DNA of 44,033 bases from the IMG/VR virus record IMGVR_UViG_3300037851_000268, positions 1 to 44,033 of that record. One strand, written 5' to 3'. The notes beneath the pieces were generated by a model. The model was not told the DNA's origin. It saw nothing but the letters and a program-made list of their open reading frames with translations, and made no database searches. This DNA is from a virus. Taxonomy: Duplodnaviria; Caudoviricetes. Each line of letters opens with the position of its first letter. Positions within the stretch are counted from its first letter, which is position 1. The position numbers were made by a program, and so were the translations under genes. Shown here in pieces: positions 17,632 to 24,521 of the stretch.

Positions 17632-18036
17632 ATGACCATGCCGCGATACACACGCGTCCGACCCACGACCCGCGAGAAGTTCGAAGCGCTCCAGTCCCGC
17701 GCGCGCGAGGCGCGGGACGCGCACCGCCACTACGCCGCCGGCGTGCTGCGCCGCTACGGCGCGACCTGGTACGCGCCGCTCGCCACGCGCCGCCGGCTCG
17801 ACGTGATCCAGCGCGCGTCGGCCAGGCGCGACGCGACGCTCTACCGGTGGCTCGCGACCTATTCGCCGCGCGACTGGACGCGCGGGTGCCCGGTCAGCTA
17901 CGTCCTCGACACGCTCACCTACGACGACGCGCTCACCTCGGGCGCGCTCGCGATCGTCCCGCCCCCAGCGTGGGGCGGCACGGAGGAAGACGCGCGCCGG
18001 TTCGCCGAACCGGTCGCGCCATGGAGGCAGCAATGA
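17632..18036 (+). CDS. Hypothetical early protein
   Basis: Behind P3 with GGAGG RBS. Confidence 0.7.
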   Translation: MTMPRYTRVRPTTREKFEALQSRAREARDAHRHYAAGVLRRYGATWYAPLATRRRLDVIQRASARRDATLYRWLATYSPRDWTRGCPVSYVLDTLTYDDALTSGALAIVPPPAWGGTEEDARRFAEPVAPWRQQ

Positions 18037-18224
18037 CTCAGCCGCGCGTGCCCGTCCCGCAAGGGTTCAAGTGTGTCGCTCCGCACGTCGCGCACCCGGT
18101 GGACGGGGAGCGCGGCGACCTGCTCGTGGCGCTCGCCACGGGCCACTACGTCCTGAGCGTCTACGGCACGCTCCGCAGCGTCCCGCAGGCGTGGGCGCGC
18201 GACTTCGCGCGGAACTGGAGGTAG
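18033..18224 (+). CDS. Small hypothetical protein (MTQPRVPV...)
   Basis: GGAGG RBS, ATGA overlap. Confidence 0.65.
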   Translation: MTQPRVPVPQGFKCVAPHVAHPVDGERGDLLVALATGHYVLSVYGTLRSVPQAWARDFARNWR

Positions 18225-18229
18225 TCATC

Positions 18230-18334
18230 GTGGGCGTCATCCACCGCTACCTGCACGACGCGTGGGACGCGCACCGGAGCGGCGACGTGCGCCTCGAAGA
18301 GGACGAGATCGAGGTGGCGTATGGCCGCGCGTAA
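18230..18334 (+). CDS. Small acidic peptide
   Basis: GGAGG RBS before GTG; 34 aa. Confidence 0.5.
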   Translation: MGVIHRYLHDAWDAHRSGDVRLEEDEIEVAYGRA

Positions 18335-18533
18335 GAACGCCGCGGCGGTCGCGCTCGGCCGGCGCACCAGCCCGGCAAAGGCAGCGGCGGCGCGCGCGAA
18401 CGGCACGCGCGGCGGTCGGCCGCGCCTCCCGTGCGTCGTGTGCGGGCGCACCGACCGGCCCAAGCTCGGGCACGGCCGGCGGTGGAACTACTGCACGACG
18501 TGCGTCATGAAGCGGGTCACCACCGCTTCGTGA
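18321..18533 (+). CDS. SPAKAAA..ANG..GGRPR motif + zinc finger protein
   Basis: GAGGT RBS; CVVC...CTTC; shares DNA with 8227-8556. Confidence 0.7.
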   Translation: MAARKNAAAVALGRRTSPAKAAAARANGTRGGRPRLPCVVCGRTDRPKLGHGRRWNYCTTCVMKRVTTAS

Positions 18534-18726
18534 CCTCGACGCCGCCCGCTGGCGTGCGGTCGCCCCACAACCACTCGACCCACGCGCCGAGCGACCACCG
18601 CCGTGGCAGGTCGGCGCGCACGCTCGCCTCGGCCCCCCGCTCGGTCGCGGCCACGCGCAGGGAGTCCTCCTCCTGCTGCGCCACGATCTTCCCCGCCTGC
18701 GTCGCGAGACTCTCCCGATCAGCCAC
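18517..18726 (-). CDS. Small hypothetical protein
   Basis: GTG overlaps the hydrolase stop; GGAGG upstream. Confidence 0.5.
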   Translation of the reverse strand: MADRESLATQAGKIVAQQEEDSLRVAATERGAEASVRADLPRRWSLGAWVEWLWGDRTPAGGVEVTKRW

Positions 18727-19423
18727 AGGGCACGCCCTCCCGCAGTAGTGACGGCGGCGGCGAGGCCAGCAGGTCGAGCCACCCGAGCGACTCCCACCAG
18801 TCCACGTAGGGCGTGGTATGGAGCACGCCACTGTGGCCCGCGCCGTCGATATCGATCTGCACATCCGCCGTCCACAGGCGGTCGAAGGCGCGCCACTCCG
18901 CGCGCCGCTGCGCGCCGAGCATCCGGTCTCCAAACCCGCCGAGGATCTGCATGTCGCGGATCGCCGCCCACCACCCCGTCGTGTTGTAGAGGTGCGCCCA
19001 GTAGCCGATGCGCGGTCGGGCGAGCGCGGCGACCTCGGCCAGGTCCGCACGAACCGGCGAGCAGACCGACATGACCATGGTCGGCGTCGCGCCGTAGAGG
19101 GCCGCGCTGAAGAGCACCGGCTGCAACCCGTGACTGTGGGCGACGACCGGACACGGCGCGTCGGTGCCGATGTCAGGCCGGCGCGGGTCGAGAAACACGG
19201 CGAGGTTCGCGCCGGCCGCCTCCCAATCGAGATGCGGATGGCGCAGCCACGGGAGGCCGTTGGCCCGCGTCGTCCACGGAAACACGAGTGGCGACCAGCC
19301 GTCGGCGACGAGCACGTCGTAGAGCGTCACGCGCCCGCCCTCCCCCGGCTGATACCACTCCCCGTGCGTCTGCCGCCCCCGCCACGCCCACGTCCCCGGC
19401 ACGAGCACGACCGGTCGCCCCAT
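18719..19423 (-). CDS. Alpha/beta hydrolase (lipase/esterase-like)
   Basis: VVLVPGT oxyanion region, VVAHSHG nucleophile elbow, SP, D and GHS for the triad; GGAGG RBS. Confidence 0.8.
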   Translation of the reverse strand: MGRPVVLVPGTWAWRGRQTHGEWYQPGEGGRVTLYDVLVADGWSPLVFPWTTRANGLPWLRHPHLDWEAAGANLAVFLDPRRPDIGTDAPCPVVAHSHGLQPVLFSAALYGATPTMVMSVCSPVRADLAEVAALARPRIGYWAHLYNTTGWWAAIRDMQILGGFGDRMLGAQRRAEWRAFDRLWTADVQIDIDGAGHSGVLHTTPYVDWWESLGWLDLLASPPPSLLREGVPCG

Positions 19424-19430
19424 CAGCCCT

Positions 19431-19605
19431 CCTTCAGACCCTCTCTCGATACGGTATCGGATACGGTATCGGATACGGTATCGGATAGGTATCGGATAGG
19501 TGTTCGATAACAGGAACAGGAACAGGAACAGGAACAGGAACAACACACACACCGCGCGCGAGGTCGTCGTCGTTTCGGGGGCAGCGACGACTCACGGTCA
19601 CTCCC
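19431..19605 (+). repeat. Second, inverted, non-coding copy of the origin segment 12821-12983 with expanded iterons
   Basis: CCTTCAGACCCTCTCTC-(GATACGGTATCG)x3-GATAGGTATCG-GATAGGTGTTCGATAA-(CAGGAA)x5-CAACACACACACCGCGCGCGAGGTCGTC... Confidence 0.92.
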
Positions 19606-19798
19606 CGCGTTCGATCGCCCGCCGGATCAACTCCCAGTCCACTGGGGCGAGGTCGGCATCCACCGGCTCCCGCGCGAGGCCGCAGTAGACCACCCACGCG
19701 ACCTCGACGCCCAACGCCCGCCCGACCGCCTCCAGCACGCTCGCTCGCACCGGCACGCTCCACCCCTTCACCTGACAGGCATGACGCCACGCCCCCAC
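19598..19798 (-). CDS. Small hypothetical protein (start uncertain)
   Basis: Protein-like C-terminal half; GC3-rich codons. Confidence 0.4.
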   Translation of the reverse strand: MGAWRHACQVKGWSVPVRASVLEAVGRALGVEVAWVVYCGLAREPVDADLAPVDWELIRRAIERGE

Positions 19799-19870
19799 AA
19801 GGCCCGCCTCACCGACAGCGCAGGGCTAGGAGAGGCGAACGCCAGCCCGCCGCACCTGCGGGATGTCGGC

Positions 19871-21343
19871 TCACCGAAGTGCCCCCAGACGTCTGTCTAT
19901 GTCCGCGATCTCGGCCCACCACCGGGTCTGCTCCGGCGACTCCCCGAGCCGCTCTCGGGCCAACGCCCGCCCGGTCGCCGTGTCGGCATCGTCCCACGGT
20001 CGGCCGCCAAGGGCCAGGCGTTCGTCGGCCGCTTGGGCTGCACGCACTCGCGCGTCGAGGTCGGCGCGCTTGGCGAGCAGGTCTTGGCGCTCCAAGGTCG
20101 CAAGGTCTGCCGGCGATAGGCTCGCGCGCGCCGCCGCCAGTCGCGACTGTGCATCACGGAGGCGGTCCACGGCCGCCTGGAACTGCGCCCGATGGTGCAT
20201 ACGCATCGGGGCGAGCGACTCGGCGGCGCGCTCCGCTTCCGCGACCTCTGACACGAGGCTGGAGAGGTCCACGCTCCGCACGGGTGGAGGCGCGCTAACA
20301 CGTCCCGCCACCTTCCGCGCTCGCGCGAGCAGGTTCGCCGAGAACGGGTCGCCCTCGACAGCACGGTCAGCCTCCGCCGAGTTGATCCAGTCGAAGAACC
20401 CGCGCGTCGTCGGCTTGGTCGAGCCGACTGCGTAGTCGTTATACAACTCGCTCGTCTCGTCCACGCCCAGCACCCGACGCATCTCGCGCATGGACCGCTC
20501 ACGTAGGGGCTTCAGCGGCGGCGGGAGATACTGTCGGGCACCCCGCTCGGCCTCCCGAGTGGCCGTCTTCATCTCGGCGGCGAGACGCGCGTAGTCGGGG
20601 TGAGTGGGACGCATCCCGCCGGACACATCGTCAAGCCGGCGCGCTGCCGCTTCTCGGATCGACAACTGACGCCCCATCGGACCCTCGCTTGTGCGCTTCA
20701 CGCCTGCCGCTTCAGCGAGGAGTTCCCACGGGTTCGTCGCGTAGCCGTAGCCTCTCTGCGTCCCACGCTGGTAAGCGGTCAGAAACCGCTCGCGCCCGTG
20801 CTTGGTCGCGTGCGCATGGTGCATGAGTTCATGCACCATCGTCCTGAGGCGAGGGTCATCGCCGAACGGGCCAGGCTGCGCCGTCTCCAGCGACGGAGAC
20901 ACGCCGACCGTGGACGGACCAGACGGGTTATCCGGGTGCGGCGGTCGCCACTCGGCGAGTGGGCGCATCCCGAGTGCCTTGTTCAGGTAGGCATCGTCGA
21001 GTGACTCGTCCGGTCGGAAGTCTACCGACCGCATCAGGCGCGGGTATCGCTTTGTGAGGTGCCGCAGTACCTCCGCGAGCTTCGGCAACTGCGCACGCTC
21101 GAAGTCGGCGATCGTGCCCGGCAGCATGAGACCCTCGCCGCCGCCGAACGCCGCGCCGAACGCCGCGTCGCCCTGCTGGCGCGGCGTCGGCGGTCCCATG
21201 CGCGCGCCCGCGAACGCGCCGGCCCCGGCGTGCTCCGTCATCCGCTCGGGCAGCGACGGGTCGCCGGTTTTGTCCCGCGCCGCCTCGACCATCTGCGGGA
21301 GTTGCGTCGAGAGGAACGCGACGGCTGCGCTGACGGGGTCCAT
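19871..21343 (-). CDS. Zincin-like metallopeptidase-domain protein, possibly virion-ejected
   Basis: TMVHELMHHAH...Y...GY..NPWELLAE (HExxH plus downstream E); Gly/Ala-rich N-terminus. Confidence 0.7.
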   Translation of the reverse strand: MDPVSAAVAFLSTQLPQMVEAARDKTGDPSLPERMTEHAGAGAFAGARMGPPTPRQQGDAAFGAAFGGGEGLMLPGTIADFERAQLPKLAEVLRHLTKRYPRLMRSVDFRPDESLDDAYLNKALGMRPLAEWRPPHPDNPSGPSTVGVSPSLETAQPGPFGDDPRLRTMVHELMHHAHATKHGRERFLTAYQRGTQRGYGYATNPWELLAEAAGVKRTSEGPMGRQLSIREAAARRLDDVSGGMRPTHPDYARLAAEMKTATREAERGARQYLPPPLKPLRERSMREMRRVLGVDETSELYNDYAVGSTKPTTRGFFDWINSAEADRAVEGDPFSANLLARARKVAGRVSAPPPVRSVDLSSLVSEVAEAERAAESLAPMRMHHRAQFQAAVDRLRDAQSRLAAARASLSPADLATLERQDLLAKRADLDARVRAAQAADERLALGGRPWDDADTATGRALARERLGESPEQTRWWAEIADIDRRLGALR

Positions 21344-21344
21344 G

Positions 21345-21692
21345 TCAGGGATACCTCGTGCCCTTCTTCACCTGGACGTGGAAGTGCTCGTTCGGCGTGC
21401 CCACACCTTCGAGGAGCACCGTGAAGCGCGGCCCGAGGCGCGTCTGGAGCACCTCGCGGAACTTCCGCTTCGAGAGCGGCGAGAAGCTCTTGGACCGCAG
21501 GTCCACCGCCTCGTCGGTGTAGTGCCGCGACTTCGGCGCGTGGACGCTGTCGTGAATCGACGTGAGGACGACCTCGCCTGGCACGAGGTGCGGGCACGCA
21601 TCGACCGTCTCGCGGAGCGCCGCGAGGATCTCGACGAGGGCGTGCGAGACGCCGACCAGGCGCACCGTCGGCTTGCAGAAGATCGGCGTCAC
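21345..21692 (-). CDS. Peptidase M15-like endolysin
   Basis: LTS..D..H...SRHY...AVDLR...EHFHVQ zinc motif; GTG start. Confidence 0.78.
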   Translation of the reverse strand: MTPIFCKPTVRLVGVSHALVEILAALRETVDACPHLVPGEVVLTSIHDSVHAPKSRHYTDEAVDLRSKSFSPLSKRKFREVLQTRLGPRFTVLLEGVGTPNEHFHVQVKKGTRYP

Positions 21693-21693
21693 G

Positions 21694-22080
21694 TCACCGC
21701 GCCCCCACTTTGTGCAGCCAGTCGCCGATGGTGAAGAGCACCTGCACCCCGGCCCAGAACGCGAGGCCGAGCACGCCGACCCCGGCGAGAATCCGTCGCC
21801 AGTCGTTGAGCGGCACGATGGGGGGCGGGTCATCGTGCCGGCGATGCGGGCGGTCGAAGACCTCCTTGTCGAGGTTCGTGACTCGACTGTCGAGCCGCAC
21901 GATGGACTCGCCGTGCTGCGTGAGCGTGGTTGCGAGGACTTCGAGGCGGGATGCGTGGACCGCCATGAGATGTTTGAGGTTATCGAACCCGTCGCGCTGA
22001 GACGCGAGGATCGACTGCAAGAGCATCCGCTCGGACTCGTCCATGGTCGCCGTGTCCCCGAATGGCCCCTCGTGTCCCAT
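21694..22080 (-). CDS. Holin-like protein (coiled coil + C-terminal TM)
   Basis: XhlA-like architecture directly upstream of the endolysin. Confidence 0.55.
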   Translation of the reverse strand: MGHEGPFGDTATMDESERMLLQSILASQRDGFDNLKHLMAVHASRLEVLATTLTQHGESIVRLDSRVTNLDKEVFDRPHRRHDDPPPIVPLNDWRRILAGVGVLGLAFWAGVQVLFTIGDWLHKVGAR

Positions 22081-22117
22081 TCATGCTAGACTGACAGTGG
22101 GAGGATTATGCCGAGAC

Positions 22118-24241
22118 CTACCGACTTCCGCCGCCGCTCCGCTTCGCGCGGTGTGCCGCCATCTGCGCCTCCAGATCCGCCAGGAGTTGGTCGAACGACG
22201 GGTCGCCTGTTGGTCCTCGACGGCGCAACTCGGCGAGAAGTCGCGGCGATGCGCCGCGCCGGGCGTCAGCCAGACGGGCAATTAGCTCAGGCAAGGGAGT
22301 CGTACCTTTCCCGACTCCATGCGTTCTATGTAGCAGCCCACCAGGCTTGGCACCAAGGTCGAACACCGCCTCCTGGCCGTACTTCATGCCCATCAGCTTC
22401 CCCTGCAACGAGTCCCGCGCGTTGCTCGGAAGCGCCACTGTGTCAAGAACCGTCGTCCCTATCGGGGCGGGACGAGTCCCGATCTTGATGTTGTCGGTTG
22501 GGCCTGTCTTCCATGCCACAACGGCCGCGCCGCGTGTGAGTGCGTCCGTGTTGTCCTTTGCGTAGGCCTGGAGCGCCGAGTCGAGGTCGGCACCCGGTGG
22601 CACGTAGCGTGTGCGCTCAGGGGCGACCGCAACTGACGTGCGCGGCAAGCCGAACGCATTGCCCACGCCAGGCAGCACCGTGGCTCCACCCTCGCGTCGC
22701 GTCAACGTGGCCGTCTCGCTCGCGGCGTTCGAGATGTCGGACATCTCCTGCGGCGTCAGGCTCGCGATGGCTTGCTGGAGCGTGTGCTGTTCACCTACGG
22801 GGTACCCCTGCGTCGCGGCCCGGCCACGCTCGAAGAACTCGTACTCGTCGCGCCACGCCTTCCAGAACGCGGCTTGCGCTTCTTTCGTGCTAAGACCAAG
22901 CTCTGCGCCGACCCGGCGGATATTGTCTTCGATAATTTGGTAGGCACTGTTCGCGAGCGGACCATCGCCGAGGTAGACCGACTGCTGGGCGGTCGAACGG
23001 TGGGCCTGCCTCAGGGTGTTGCCGGCCTCGTCAACGGCTTCGGTGGGAAGACCGGCCCCTCGGAAGATGTGTCGGTCAACGGTCGCCGGCTCTTCTAGTT
23101 CGCCCAGGTAGCCGGGCCGCCGCTCGTCGGCAAGGTTGTAGTCGTAGCTCTCGATCTTCCTGTTCCCGAGCGGGATGTCTTTCTCCAGGTAGTTACGAAG
23201 CGACTGGAGGCCGGGTGCCCACTGCTTCGTACCAGTCGGGCCGGTCTTTGCGGTCATACCCCAAGGGAACAAATCGAGCAACTGCTGCGGGTCGCTCGCG
23301 CCTCCCTGAAGCCCAGCGAGCACCTTAACGAACTTCCGGTAGTCATCAAGCGGGCCAGCGTTCGACCCGAACGCCGCGTATGCCTTGATCGCGGTGCGTT
23401 GTCTCCAGGTGAATCGTCCGTCGATCAGCGGTTCGCCGCGTCGCCGAGGCAACTCTCGCAGCACGAAGGGCACCATCTCGTCGTACCACTGCGGCGCATT
23501 GCCGAGCCTCCCGGCCTCGATGTATCTCCGGTAGTGGTCAGGATCGAACGCGACTCCACCCGAGTCCTGGTGGATACGCGCAACGTCTTCCGCCGCCTTC
23601 ATCACCTGGCTATGGATCCGTTCTGGCTTGACCGACTGGTAGTGCGGGATCATTTCCTGCACGATCTCTTCGACAGAGCGGCCCTTGCCAAGCTCCTGCG
23701 CGCCGTACATGCGGATCTTCTGGAATGCGCTCATTCTCCACAGAGGAGCGGCGGCAGACGACACGCCACCAGCGGCCTTTGCGAGCGCACCTACGGCCTT
23801 CGCGATAGCCGGCCCGCCTTCGGTCAGCAGGTTGATCGGGTCTTCGACGAGAGCCTTGCTGGCCTCGTAGGGCGCTCGCTCTCCTGGGAGATGCGCCATC
23901 TCGTCGTATGGCTCGGTCGGAAAGCGCGGCAGGCGCGGCGTCTGCGTGTCCATCCCGAGCGCGCGCAGGAGCGCGCGCGCGGCTTGGGACGGAAGTTCGG
24001 CGAGGTCGAGCGCGACGTTAGCTGTCTCGCGCATGGTCGATGGCAGGTAGCGTTCATACCACGGGGTCGGCGTGAGGCGCGTGTCTTCGATCATCGCCAC
24101 TGGCGTCACGCCAGTCGCGCGCTCCATGGCCGCCACGCGCGGCGACGGAGCCTGATAGGGGTCGTGGCTTGCCATCGGTCCCTGTTCCTGCGCGAGTCGC
24201 AGGAAAGCATCCTGTAGAATCCGGTCCTGTGGTCCTGGCAT
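22118..24241 (-). CDS. Large ejection-type polyvalent protein with HhH-GPD glycosylase-like domain
   Basis: QWYD...YAAFGSN...GNRKIESYDYNL...ATVDRHIFR...AYQIIE.....G..LGL....AQAAFW; last gene of the ejection cluster. Confidence 0.7.
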   Translation of the reverse strand: MPGPQDRILQDAFLRLAQEQGPMASHDPYQAPSPRVAAMERATGVTPVAMIEDTRLTPTPWYERYLPSTMRETANVALDLAELPSQAARALLRALGMDTQTPRLPRFPTEPYDEMAHLPGERAPYEASKALVEDPINLLTEGGPAIAKAVGALAKAAGGVSSAAAPLWRMSAFQKIRMYGAQELGKGRSVEEIVQEMIPHYQSVKPERIHSQVMKAAEDVARIHQDSGGVAFDPDHYRRYIEAGRLGNAPQWYDEMVPFVLRELPRRRGEPLIDGRFTWRQRTAIKAYAAFGSNAGPLDDYRKFVKVLAGLQGGASDPQQLLDLFPWGMTAKTGPTGTKQWAPGLQSLRNYLEKDIPLGNRKIESYDYNLADERRPGYLGELEEPATVDRHIFRGAGLPTEAVDEAGNTLRQAHRSTAQQSVYLGDGPLANSAYQIIEDNIRRVGAELGLSTKEAQAAFWKAWRDEYEFFERGRAATQGYPVGEQHTLQQAIASLTPQEMSDISNAASETATLTRREGGATVLPGVGNAFGLPRTSVAVAPERTRYVPPGADLDSALQAYAKDNTDALTRGAAVVAWKTGPTDNIKIGTRPAPIGTTVLDTVALPSNARDSLQGKLMGMKYGQEAVFDLGAKPGGLLHRTHGVGKGTTPLPELIARLADARRGASPRLLAELRRRGPTGDPSFDQLLADLEAQMAAHRAKRSGGGSR

Positions 24242-24266
24242 CTCACGCCCTCGCGGAGGCTCCCTC

Positions 24267-24521
24267 GTGCTGCATGACTACTTCCCGATCGCGCTCGTGC
24301 TGGCCGTCTACGTGCCCGTGTGGTGCTGCGCCCGGCCGCTCGTGCGCTGGTCCCGTGCGACCCCTGACCCCTTCGGCTCTCCCGCCCGCTCACTGGTGCT
24401 CGGCCCACTGGCCGCCATCGGAGCCGTCCTGCTGCTCGCCTCGGTGACGACGCCGGCCCTGCGCGCCGTCGTCGCCCTCCTGCTGGCCCGCGCGCTATGG
24501 CAGCAGTGCCGCCGCGTGTGA
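24267..24521 (+). CDS. Antisense-oriented small membrane protein
   Basis: GGAGG 7 nt before GTG; 2-3 hydrophobic segments; fills the gap between ejection genes. Confidence 0.6.
   Translation: MLHDYFPIALVLAVYVPVWCCARPLVRWSRATPDPFGSPARSLVLGPLAAIGAVLLLASVTTPALRAVVALLLARALWQQCRRV

Noticed and set aside
19448-19551. CRISPR-like appearance of the short repeats
   Set aside because: Tandem 12-bp and 6-bp units with no unique spacers; better explained as origin iterons
19424-19552. N-terminal extension of the hydrolase (LFLFLF...YRIRYRI)
   Set aside because: Translation of the origin repeats; the real ATG with GGAGG is at 19423
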